Positions 47,108-55,642 of a DNA stretch of 64,000 nucleotides are shown here, piece by piece. The notes below the pieces were generated by a model. That model worked only from the letters and a program-made list of their open reading frames with translations. It was not told where the DNA came from and made no database searches. A program made the translations under genes and the position numbers. Origin of the DNA: an uncultured Methanotrichaceae archaeon. Lineage in GTDB: Archaea; Halobacteriota; Methanosarcinia; Methanotrichales; Methanotrichaceae. The DNA lies in contig CAZWHG010000005.1 of NCBI GenBank assembly GCA_964633785.1, positions 4,440 to 68,439 on the forward strand, written 5' to 3'. Numbering within the stretch: the stretch's first letter is position 1; the number at the start of each line of letters is the position of its first letter.

Positions 47108-49704
47108 AGCAATTCTTATGGTTAGCACTGATACCATTAGCAGCATTCTGGTTGTTCTCAGTCGATATTTACGGCCAGAGAGCCAGTCCTGTCCTGGGCA
47201 TAGCATCCCTTCTGCTGGGAATCGCAATTTCCCTTATATCTTTTTGGAGAACCGATGCTTCCATTGATCGGAAATACGGTGCCCTTCTGCTACCTCTACT
47301 CCTCTCCTGCTGGGCGATTCCTTACCCATATAATGCAGGGCTGATCGTCTGTACTATTGGTCTTGCAGTTGCCCTGCTCGCTCCCAGATTGCATTTGTTT
47401 TGGCTCGCAGCCATATTTTCGGGGATCGTCCTCATCCTGCATTCTCTCACCCTTTCGATATACTATCTTCTGGCCCCAAATTATCACTTTGCGCTCTCTC
47501 TGGCCTCAGGCATAGCGTACATCCTGGACCTTACGGGCATTGAAGCCGCAGCCAACGCGGGAGTGGTTTTTATCCTTGCACAGGAGAAGGTATTCCCCTT
47601 TACCGTAACCCTCGAAAAGCTTGGTTTCTATCCCTGGATCTTGATATATGTCGGTTCGTTATTAATATTATTCATAACCGCCCAAAATACTACTTCATTC
47701 CTGAAGCACGCATTTGCGGCTCTCATCGCCGGCATCTTCTATCTTATGCTAAGGTATATTATTCTTGTGCATATATTTTTCTTTAGAGACTTGCCGGAAA
47801 TTGCCAATGTGAGGAATGAGATCTTCACAGATCCCTGGTGGCTGATATTGAGTTTTGTGCCACTGGTGTTGCTGTTCCTCCGTTTAAAAATTCCCGGAGA
47901 CCTCAGGGTCGATTTCCAGATGCGTCTGGACAGAAAGCAAGCGGTCGCTCTGGCGGCATTAATGCTAAGCGTCTTTTGTTTGACCTCATCGGCACACTTT
48001 CTGAATACGGGGACAGAAAAGGACGGCCGGGTTTTGGTGGACGAGATTCACTCCGTCTGGGAGTTCTCTACGCTCCAGCTTGACCGGAATTGGTATGGGG
48101 AAAATTCCACTTACAATTCCTACAGCATGATCGAATGGCTCAATGATTCCTATCATGTGGACCGTATCGTAAGCCCGTCTTTTAAGGAATGGAATGTAAC
48201 GGGTGCCCGGAAAGTCGTCCCCGATGTTATATCTGATAGTATCACCTATGAGATTCTAAAGAATTATGATATATTTATAATAAAAACTCCATCTACATTC
48301 CAATCGTCTGAAATTGAGGCGATAGTTCGCTTTGTGGAGAACGGAGGCGGATTGTTCCTGATCGGAGACCATACCAACTTCGCCGGCATCGGCACGAATC
48401 TGAATCAATTGTCCAAAAAATTCGGGATAGAATTTGGATTTGATGCGGTCAATACCATTAAGGGAAGATTATTTTACTTCCAGCGAGGGGAATTTTTGCA
48501 TCCGGTCATTAAGTATATGCCCTATATGGACTTCATGACCGGCTGCAGCCTCAAGACGCCTCTCTGGGGCGAGCCTGTGATCATGGGCTCCGGCCTTCGT
48601 GCCGATCCAGGTGAGTTTGCCTCCGTCGGCTTCTTCCGAGAGACGAGGGATAACGATCCCACGCAGGTCACGGACACGGTCTGGGGTCTGATAAATCAGG
48701 CAGTGGCAGTGAAATACGGAAGGGGAAGAATTGTGGCATTTGCCGATTCCACCATAATATCCAATTTCAGGATCTTCTTCGGGGGCTCCAACAATTTTGT
48801 TATCGGAGCCATGGAGTACCTCAATCGCAAGAACTCTTACGAAAATGAAAAGCAGATCCTGCTCATCTTCGGATTGATCTTCGCGCTCCTGGCTGCCTTC
48901 CTTTTGGGAAGAAAGAGCTGGGGAGACCGGAAAATGGCGGCACTGCTGGTCGTTCTGGCCATCGGGGCTCTCGCTGCCGGCGGGGCGCTGCTGATTTTTT
49001 CCACAAAAGGAGAGAATAGCGTTCCGAGCCGGTTCTATGAGTACAACCATACGGTCGGATTTGACGGCGAGCATTCTGATAATATAACCAGCCGGGGTGA
49101 TCTGCGAGGAGAGTATGAGACCTTTTACATATGGACACAGAGAGTCAATCTGACGCCGGCGATAGAAGACAGGATGAACGATGCCATGGCCAAGGGCAGA
49201 GCTATGGTCGTGATCGATCCAGTAGCGGCAATATCTTCGGATGAATTAGCCTCTCTGCAAGAATACATCAACCGAGGAAATAATGTTCTGCTCATGGTTT
49301 CAACAGAAGGACCCTGGTCGGAAATAATTGAAAATTTTGGTATGCAGACATATTATCTGCAAGAGCCTGATAATAGCAGCACAAACGTTTCCCAGATGGA
49401 TACGGCTTGGGCGTGGAAAGATGGATTGCCCATGAAGCCCTGGGGATTGGCCATCAAAGGAGGCAGGCCTCTCCTTGCCATTGATGGACGGGTGGTACTG
49501 GCGCAGGCAAATTACGGCAAAGGCAAGTTCCTGTTATTTGCGGACTCACAGGTCTTTAAGGACGGCCTCTTTGCCAGGCCCGGTTTTATGGGATATCCCA
49601 AGGTCGATCCCAGCATGGTGGACAAAAGAAGCTACGATCTGGCGGCCCTGTATAACCTGGAGTACCGCATATTTGAGGAGTATTTGGGGTTTGGAGGAAG
49701 ATAG
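47104..49704 (+). CDS. Paralog B with the same architecture
   Basis: Its ATG at 47104 overlaps the stop of paralog A in an ATGA junction. It carries 'YDIFIIKTPSTFQSSEIEAIVRFVENGGGLFLIGDHTNFAG', 'GRGRIVAFADSTIISNF' and a second domain 'AMVVIDPVAAISSDELASLQEYINRGNNVLLMV', 'GKGKFLLFADSQVF'. Confidence 0.85.
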   Translation: MKQFLWLALIPLAAFWLFSVDIYGQRASPVLGIASLLLGIAISLISFWRTDASIDRKYGALLLPLLLSCWAIPYPYNAGLIVCTIGLAVALLAPRLHLFWLAAIFSGIVLILHSLTLSIYYLLAPNYHFALSLASGIAYILDLTGIEAAANAGVVFILAQEKVFPFTVTLEKLGFYPWILIYVGSLLILFITAQNTTSFLKHAFAALIAGIFYLMLRYIILVHIFFFRDLPEIANVRNEIFTDPWWLILSFVPLVLLFLRLKIPGDLRVDFQMRLDRKQAVALAALMLSVFCLTSSAHFLNTGTEKDGRVLVDEIHSVWEFSTLQLDRNWYGENSTYNSYSMIEWLNDSYHVDRIVSPSFKEWNVTGARKVVPDVISDSITYEILKNYDIFIIKTPSTFQSSEIEAIVRFVENGGGLFLIGDHTNFAGIGTNLNQLSKKFGIEFGFDAVNTIKGRLFYFQRGEFLHPVIKYMPYMDFMTGCSLKTPLWGEPVIMGSGLRADPGEFASVGFFRETRDNDPTQVTDTVWGLINQAVAVKYGRGRIVAFADSTIISNFRIFFGGSNNFVIGAMEYLNRKNSYENEKQILLIFGLIFALLAAFLLGRKSWGDRKMAALLVVLAIGALAAGGALLIFSTKGENSVPSRFYEYNHTVGFDGEHSDNITSRGDLRGEYETFYIWTQRVNLTPAIEDRMNDAMAKGRAMVVIDPVAAISSDELASLQEYINRGNNVLLMVSTEGPWSEIIENFGMQTYYLQEPDNSSTNVSQMDTAWAWKDGLPMKPWGLAIKGGRPLLAIDGRVVLAQANYGKGKFLLFADSQVFKDGLFARPGFMGYPKVDPSMVDKRSYDLAALYNLEYRIFEEYLGFGGR

Positions 49705-49754
49705 CACGGGCGAAATTCCATTGCATCGGTTACCTTTAATATGCAAAAGCGCAA

Positions 49755-50213
49755 ATGATACCAGAGATGGCGTTCTCCGATGATAGGCAGGGGATAAACA
49801 AGAACATCCTGGTCAAGACCATTCAGACCATGAACCAGCACCTGCCCATTAAGCGACTTAATTTGGCCGAACTCATGGCCATGGAAAAGCCCGGCATCAA
49901 GGGAAAGGATAATACTTTTTTCATCGTAGAAAAGGTAGAGCTTGATCTGATCTCAGAGAGCCTGCCCCGTTTTCTCTGGAGCCGCCTGCGTCTGCCCATG
50001 CTTATTGAGATGTCTCCCGACTACGGCAATGGCGCCGCCCGGGTGCAGGGCGAGCCGGAAGTGGAACTGGTGGCCAAGATACTGGGCAAGGAGAGGCCGC
50101 ATGAAAGGCAGATCATAATCTATCTTCCAGAGGTAAGGGAGCTACGGCGAAAGCTTCCCACCACGACGCAGTATGCCTTTGTAACCAATCTGCGGGAAAA
50201 AATTGGGGACTGA
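49755..50213 (+). CDS. Conserved archaeal hypothetical protein, DUF61/UPF0216-like
   Basis: 'MNQHLPIKRLNLAELMAMEKP...' and 'LPEVRELRRKLPTTT' resemble UPF0216 proteins as I recall them. The start could be 49755 or 49767. Confidence 0.65.
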   Translation: MIPEMAFSDDRQGINKNILVKTIQTMNQHLPIKRLNLAELMAMEKPGIKGKDNTFFIVEKVELDLISESLPRFLWSRLRLPMLIEMSPDYGNGAARVQGEPEVELVAKILGKERPHERQIIIYLPEVRELRRKLPTTTQYAFVTNLREKIGD

Positions 50214-50253
50214 TAGATTCTTATTCCAGGGACAATAATAGTAATATAATGGA

Positions 50254-50379
50254 GTCTCTGTGAGTCCTCCGTGCGCTCTGTGTCTCTGTGGTGAAAGGTT
50301 CGTAACCATTGGTTATAACCAGCGGCTAACGACGTTTAACCACAGAGACACAGAGTTCACATAGGACGCACAGAGCGAC
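50254..50379. repeat. Imperfect inverted repeat with arms of about 39-41 nt and a 46-nt spacer. It is either a MITE-like element or a structured RNA element.
   Basis: The perfect 17-nt core ctctgtgtctctgtggt (50276-50292) pairs with accacagagacacagag (50339-50355). The arms extend imperfectly and are built from CTCTGTG/CACAGAG heptamers. The spacer contains the near-palindrome taaccattggtta. Confidence 0.7.
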
Positions 50380-50400
50380 TAACTGTTATGGAGGATTTCT

Positions 50401-50952
50401 ATGGCTGACAGTAACCTGGCCGAAGGCGCAAAGCTTTTCGCCATAAAGATGAACCTGGGTGCTTACCAGGAGGCGGCCAAGATCAAGTCCGACTTCGGCC
50501 TGCCTAATGATATGCTGATAGAGGCCGTGCGCATGGCCTACGACGCCAATATGAAGAAAGGGGACTACTCCCTGGCCGCCGATCTGGCCAAGAAGTACGA
50601 CCTTCCCGAAGATCTCCGCCAGGAGGCGGCTGAGCGCTCTTTTAATCGAAAGATCGACAGCGAGTTTTATCGAGCAGCTGCCGATTATGCCAAGGAGTAC
50701 GGCCTTTCCCAGGATCTGGTCCGGCAGGCTGCCGTTCAGGCTTTCAACAAGAGCATGAGCTTTGGTCTGGTCAAGAACGCGGCTGAGATTGCCGAGGAGT
50801 TTCAACTGCCCGAGGAGATGATGCTGCTGGCGGCCACAGAGTCCTTTGATCAGCATATGAAGGCTGGTCTCTACCGCAAGGCATTGAAGATCGCTCAAAA
50901 GTACAGGCTGCCCGAAGAGATGATGCGGGCAGCCGAGAAGAAGATCTCCTAA
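50401..50952 (+). CDS. Helical-repeat protein made of four to five units of about 36 aa
   Basis: The recurring unit is 'Y(D/G/R)LP(E/Q)(D/E)(L/M)...A...AF......G.Y..A..IA..'. A GGAGG sequence lies 7 nt upstream of the ATG. Confidence 0.75.
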   Translation: MADSNLAEGAKLFAIKMNLGAYQEAAKIKSDFGLPNDMLIEAVRMAYDANMKKGDYSLAADLAKKYDLPEDLRQEAAERSFNRKIDSEFYRAAADYAKEYGLSQDLVRQAAVQAFNKSMSFGLVKNAAEIAEEFQLPEEMMLLAATESFDQHMKAGLYRKALKIAQKYRLPEEMMRAAEKKIS

Positions 50953-50980
50953 AATTCGCTGGACAAAAAAAGGAAACAAA

Positions 50981-51766
50981 ATGCCACAAGTAGTGCTTAC
51001 CATAGGCGGCTCCGACTCGGGTGGCGGGGCCGGCATCCAGGCGGACCTTAAGACCTTCTCTGTGCTGGGACTGCACGGCACCTGCGCCATCACCGCCATT
51101 ACTGCTCAAAACACCCAGGGAGTGCAACGGGTCTACGGACTGGGACCAGAAGTGGTAACGGCGCAGCTCAAGTCGATCACCGATGATTTTGCCATTTCCT
51201 TTGCCAAGACGGGCATGCTCCACTCCGCCGAGATTGTCATGGCTGTGGCCGATCACATGCGTTTGAAAGATATCCCCTTCGTCCTGGATCCGGTGATTGA
51301 AGCAGAAGCAGGCGGCAGGCTCCTTCGACCGGATGCCGTAGAGGCACTAAAGACATATCTTATCCCACTGGCCCGAGTTGTCACACCCAATATCTTCGAG
51401 GCCCAGGCTCTGACGGGAATTGTTGTTCGCGATAGGGAGAGTGCCCATCAGGCCGCCCGGAAGATCTTGCAGCTTGGAGCGAAGGCGGTAATCGTTAAGG
51501 GCGGACACTTGGACTGCACCGATCTCCTGATGGAAGGCAAAGAGGTCATCCTTTTGCCGGGGGAGAGGGTGGCGGGCGAAAACCACGGCGTGGGATGCAC
51601 CTACTCGGCCGCATTAACAGCATTTCTTGCTCTGGGCAGCTCCCTGGAAGAGGCGGCCTGCCAGGCCAAGAGGTTCGCAGAAAGGGCACTTCTGGGCAGC
51701 ATGCGCGTGGGAAAGGGCGTGGGACCGGTCAACCAGGCGGCAGCCGCAAATCGCTATTGCCTATGA
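50981..51766 (+). CDS. thiD: Hydroxymethylpyrimidine/phosphomethylpyrimidine kinase
   Basis: The motifs are '[22 protein letters not shown]' and 'AVIVKGGHL'. Confidence 0.9.
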   Translation: MPQVVLTIGGSDSGGGAGIQADLKTFSVLGLHGTCAITAITAQNTQGVQRVYGLGPEVVTAQLKSITDDFAISFAKTGMLHSAEIVMAVADHMRLKDIPFVLDPVIEAEAGGRLLRPDAVEALKTYLIPLARVVTPNIFEAQALTGIVVRDRESAHQAARKILQLGAKAVIVKGGHLDCTDLLMEGKEVILLPGERVAGENHGVGCTYSAALTAFLALGSSLEEAACQAKRFAERALLGSMRVGKGVGPVNQAAAANRYCL

Positions 51767-51866
51767 ACTCCGCTTCGGCAAGCGGTAGAACAAACCCAGA
51801 GGGACGGGAAGATATAAATTGTGGGGCAAGGATGCACAAAGAATTGCTCTAGCTGGAGTGTTGATT

Positions 51867-52088
51867 ATGGGAAGTGTAAAACCTAGTTATATCAAGAATT
51901 TCGCGATGGATCTGTTGAGAACCTACGAAAGCTCATTTAGCCCGGACTTTGAACAAAATAAACTGGTAGTATCAGAGTATACCGACATTAAAAATAAGAC
52001 CATACGAAATCGTGTGGCAGGGTATATTTCCAATGTGATGCGGCAGAGACGAACTCGCCGGGGCGAGGTCGAGATCGATGCTGCTTAA
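51867..52088 (+). CDS. rps17e: 30S ribosomal protein S17e
   Basis: 'VKPSYIKNFAMDLLRTYESSFSPDFEQNKLVVSEYTDIKNKTIRNRVAGYI' matches the S17e pattern. The internal ATG at 51867 of the track ORF is chosen as the start. Confidence 0.9.
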   Translation: MGSVKPSYIKNFAMDLLRTYESSFSPDFEQNKLVVSEYTDIKNKTIRNRVAGYISNVMRQRRTRRGEVEIDAA

Positions 52089-52956
52089 AGGCGTGTTTCC
52101 CGCTTTGATTACGCCGTTTTTAGAGGATGAGAGCCTGGATGAGGAGGGACTGAAGAAGAACATTGAGTACCTGAATAAAACAGGCATAGCAGGCATTGTT
52201 CCCTGCGGCACAACCGGTGAGTCGGCCACATTAACCTTTGAAGAGCATAAAAGGGTAGTGGAGATCGCCGTGGAATCTTCCAAGGTGCCGGTTATTGCGG
52301 GTACGGGATCAAACAATACCCGTGAGGCTTTGGATCTGACGCGCCATGCGGCCAAAGCAGGTGCATCTGCCGCTTTGTTGATTACGCCTTACTACAACAA
52401 GCCCAATGACCGGGGTATGTTCGAGCATTTCAAGACCATCGCCGCTAAGTGCGACATCCCAATTGTGCTCTACAATGTTCCCAAGAGAACTGGAATCGAT
52501 CTCAAGCCGGAATTGGTCGCGAAACTGTCCAAGGTAAAGAACATTGTGGCTATAAAAGAGGCCAGCGGAAGCCTCTCACAGCAATCTCAGGTCATCGAGC
52601 AGACTCGTGGAAGCGATTTTGTTGTTCTCTCGGGTGATGATGATCTGACCCTGCCTACCATGGCGCTGGGCGCCCAGGGTGTGGTTTCTGTGGTGGCCAA
52701 TGTAGCACCCAGAAAAACGGTAGCCATGGTGGACGCTATTTTGAAGGGTGATTTTGAGAAAGCCAGGTCGCTCCACTATGAGCTTGCCCCACTGGTACGA
52801 GCCATGTTCCTGGAGACCAATCCCATTCCCGTCAAGACGGCTCAAAAATATCTGGGACACGCCGGCGGACCGATGCGTCTTCCTCTGGCACCAATGGCTC
52901 CTGAGAAAGAACTCATCTTAAAAGAGATACTGAATAGGCTAGGCGAGAGAGCATGA
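52078..52956 (+). CDS. dapA: 4-hydroxy-tetrahydrodipicolinate synthase
   Basis: The motifs are 'GIVPCGTTGESATLT', 'LYNVPKRTG' and the catalytic-Lys block 'VAIKEASG'. Confidence 0.93.
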   Translation: MLLKGVFPALITPFLEDESLDEEGLKKNIEYLNKTGIAGIVPCGTTGESATLTFEEHKRVVEIAVESSKVPVIAGTGSNNTREALDLTRHAAKAGASAALLITPYYNKPNDRGMFEHFKTIAAKCDIPIVLYNVPKRTGIDLKPELVAKLSKVKNIVAIKEASGSLSQQSQVIEQTRGSDFVVLSGDDDLTLPTMALGAQGVVSVVANVAPRKTVAMVDAILKGDFEKARSLHYELAPLVRAMFLETNPIPVKTAQKYLGHAGGPMRLPLAPMAPEKELILKEILNRLGERA

Positions 52957-53723
52957 CGCAGATCGCCATTGCCGGCGCTCTGGGGCGCATGGGCACTCTG
53001 ATCATCCAGGAAGCGGCCAAGGTTAAAGACATGCAGCTAGTGGCTGGATTGGATGCCATCGGAGCAGGGGCGATTCTACCTGGCGGCATTATCGTCAAAG
53101 ATGCCTCGCAGCTGGAGTCGGTCTTAAGGGAGAGCAAACCGGATGTGCTCATCGATTTTACCATTGCAAAAGCTGCGGTAAATAACGCATGCACGGCGGC
53201 CGATCTTGGTATTGATCTCGTGGTGGGAACTACGGGCATTTCTTCAGAGCAGCATTCCCAGATGAAAGAAGCCATAGTTGGCCGTGTGGCTGCAGTCATA
53301 ACGCCCAACTTCTCCTTAGGCGTAAATGTATTCTGGAAGCTGGTAGCCGATGCGGCAGCGGCCCTCAAGGACTACGACATCGAGATCATTGAAGCTCATC
53401 ATAATCAGAAGAAAGATGCCCCCAGCGGCACTGCTCTGGCTACAGTGCAGGCGATAAAGATGGCTCTGGGCGAGAAAGAAGTTGTTTATGGCCGTCAAGG
53501 GGTCATGCCGCGAGGAAAAGAGATTGGAGTGCATGCCGTACGCGGTGGAGACATTGTGGGAGATCACACTGTGCTCCTGGCGGGTGCCGGCGAGCGACTG
53601 GAGATAAAGCACCAGGCGCATAGCAGAACCGCATTTGCCAGCGGCGCCGTGCGGGCGGCAGATTGGGTAGTCGGCAAAGAGCCGGGAATTTATACCATGG
53701 CGGACGTCTTAAAGTCGAGATGA
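52953..53723 (+). CDS. dapB: 4-hydroxy-tetrahydrodipicolinate reductase
   Basis: The motifs are 'IAIAGALGRMG', 'VVGTTG' and the signature 'EAHHNQKKDAPSGTA'. Confidence 0.93.
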   Translation: MTQIAIAGALGRMGTLIIQEAAKVKDMQLVAGLDAIGAGAILPGGIIVKDASQLESVLRESKPDVLIDFTIAKAAVNNACTAADLGIDLVVGTTGISSEQHSQMKEAIVGRVAAVITPNFSLGVNVFWKLVADAAAALKDYDIEIIEAHHNQKKDAPSGTALATVQAIKMALGEKEVVYGRQGVMPRGKEIGVHAVRGGDIVGDHTVLLAGAGERLEIKHQAHSRTAFASGAVRAADWVVGKEPGIYTMADVLKSR

Positions 53724-54145
53724 ACCAACTTGATCTGTTGAGTCATAATCTCATTTTTGAAGGAAGAAGGCTGCAACCCACCTCATTAGAGAATAATATG
53801 GTCGGATTTTGCAGCAAATGCGACCGGGATCTAGAGAGCCTGGCATATCATTCTACAGAATCGAAATGGCTGGTCTCAGCGCATTGCGATAATGAGCACC
53901 TTATCTTGATGTGCTATGACAGGCAGTGGAACTGGCAGGGTGACTATGATCTGGAGATCTGCAGGGAAAAAATAAGTGTATCCACAATTGCCAAAGAGAA
54001 GCTGGAAGCGGTCTTCACTCAGGCCGAGATCAGGGACATGCTGGCCTGTCAACAAGGCTTGCCCTATACCCGGCAAAACCTCTATCGAGCGCGGGCCAAG
54101 TATGAGAAATTCGATCAGCTCTTTGGCATAAAGATAGATGTCTAG
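53720..54145 (+). CDS. Hypothetical Cys/His-containing protein, 141 aa, ATGA-coupled to dapB
   Basis: Its ATG at 53720 overlaps the dapB TGA. It contains 'CSKCDRD...HCDNEH'. Confidence 0.6.
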   Translation: MNQLDLLSHNLIFEGRRLQPTSLENNMVGFCSKCDRDLESLAYHSTESKWLVSAHCDNEHLILMCYDRQWNWQGDYDLEICREKISVSTIAKEKLEAVFTQAEIRDMLACQQGLPYTRQNLYRARAKYEKFDQLFGIKIDV

Positions 54146-54157
54146 CAATTGAATTTT

Positions 54158-54198
54158 AAAAAAAAAATTCTTCCCGGATAGTAGCGTCAATTTCCGGG
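54158..54198 (-). terminator. Hairpin plus T10 terminator between convergent genes
   Basis: The minus strand reads cccgga-(14 nt)-tccggg-aagaa-TTTTTTTTTT. It begins 5 nt after the stop of 54203..55048. Confidence 0.5.
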
Positions 54199-54202
54199 AT
54201 AA

Positions 54203-55048
54203 CTAGGCATTCTTGCTGCTTTCTACCAGTTCTTTGCTGGTGACAAAGCTGGCACCTTTGCTTGTCGCATATTCTACGAACTTCTTGTAAGCATCCAGGT
54301 ATTCATCCCATCCGGAGACCGTATTGGTGAAGACCACGACCATTGGCTCTCCCTTGCTGACGGACTCATCAAATTTGCTGACAAGAAGATTATACCAGTC
54401 CGTGCCGTTCAAGCCGGCATCTTTTGCCGATATGTCAGTCATGCGAAATGCATTGCTCTCGCTTACAGGGACCACATAGAAGGCAGATCCGTTCATGAGA
54501 TAAGGCAATGTTTTGCCCTGGCTCTCCGGCAAACCTGCGTCATCTACCAGGTATAATATCGCCAGATCATCCAGAATCTTATAACTGCTTTGATTAAAGG
54601 AATTGGGCACTGGCAAGTAGCCAGCCACCTTGGACTGCTTTCCGCCGCATATATAGTCATCCTCAACGTACCTCTTGGTCTTGCGAAGCCTTGCATCCTG
54701 ATCCTCAAAGGAGACCAATTCATCGTTTCTGCTCATACCTCCCATCATCAGTTCATGATTGCTTTTGGAACCGAGCATAGTGACATAGAGCGGATACACA
54801 TTATTGGCAATATCTCCCGTAACAGATATTGAGACCGCAAGTTCTCGGGAGTCAGCCTCATTGAGCAGATTTGTGGTGGAGTTCATCTCCAAGTTCTCTT
54901 TTTCCGCCGGACTCTTTCCATCGGACTGATCCATTTTTATAATCAAATTCAAAACGCCTGATCCATTCTGCGCCGACACACCTGCAAAAATAAGCTCTGC
55001 TATTAGTAAGGCGAGTCCTGCAAATAACAGCATTTTCTTTAGATACAT
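54203..55048 (-). CDS. Secreted hypothetical protein
   Basis: It has the signal 'MLLFAGLALLIAELIFAGVSA'. No secure family call. Confidence 0.75.
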   Translation of the reverse strand: MYLKKMLLFAGLALLIAELIFAGVSAQNGSGVLNLIIKMDQSDGKSPAEKENLEMNSTTNLLNEADSRELAVSISVTGDIANNVYPLYVTMLGSKSNHELMMGGMSRNDELVSFEDQDARLRKTKRYVEDDYICGGKQSKVAGYLPVPNSFNQSSYKILDDLAILYLVDDAGLPESQGKTLPYLMNGSAFYVVPVSESNAFRMTDISAKDAGLNGTDWYNLLVSKFDESVSKGEPMVVVFTNTVSGWDEYLDAYKKFVEYATSKGASFVTSKELVESSKNA

Positions 55049-55642
55049 TTTCCTTCTACCTCAGTGTTTTATTTTATACATATTATGTTTTCAATTACGA
55101 TATACAACAAATCTTCTAAATTATTTGTGAGTTTCCTGCTATTAATACTTGTGGTTGTTAAAATCTCAATCATCGCGCACAAAATTTAATGAGAAATCAA
55201 TATCATTACAATATCATTTTCTTAGAATCTGTATAAAATAAATATAAAACTTTTGTTTTGCGAATTGTATACTGAATTAACATACTAATTGAAATTTAGA
55301 AGTTTGAATAATCATTCAGATAATATCGATTATAAATTGGATACAATATATAAAATTTTCAATTTCGAAAAGAAAGAGATTAGGTTAAAATAGGTAAGGC
55401 AAGGACCACCAATATGGTTATCCAGATTTGGTCTTTGACAAGATGTATCGAATGCTATAGCCTGCATCAATGAATAAAAACAAAAAACCAAGAAAAAGAT
55501 TTCCCATATAATATCCACAAATCTAAACAGTTATGATAATTATGGGATCTGTTCAAAAATAGTGATATAGCAATAGAATAGATGCATCTGATTAGGATAA
55601 CCGCATGCAATTGAGAGAATAGGATATAGGAGGGAAAGAATC

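Noticed and set aside
50386-51256. Minus-strand ORFs of 237 aa and 161 aa overlapping 50401..50952 and thiD
   Set aside because: They are antisense to a repeat protein that has an RBS, and to thiD, which has clear motifs. Their composition is low-complexity and Leu/Gly/Arg-rich.
55330-55518. 62-aa minus-strand ORF in the 590-nt AT-rich spacer
   Set aside because: It lies in an AT-rich intergenic promoter region. Its Ile/Phe/Asn-biased composition is what AT-rich DNA would produce. It has no RBS and no supporting context.
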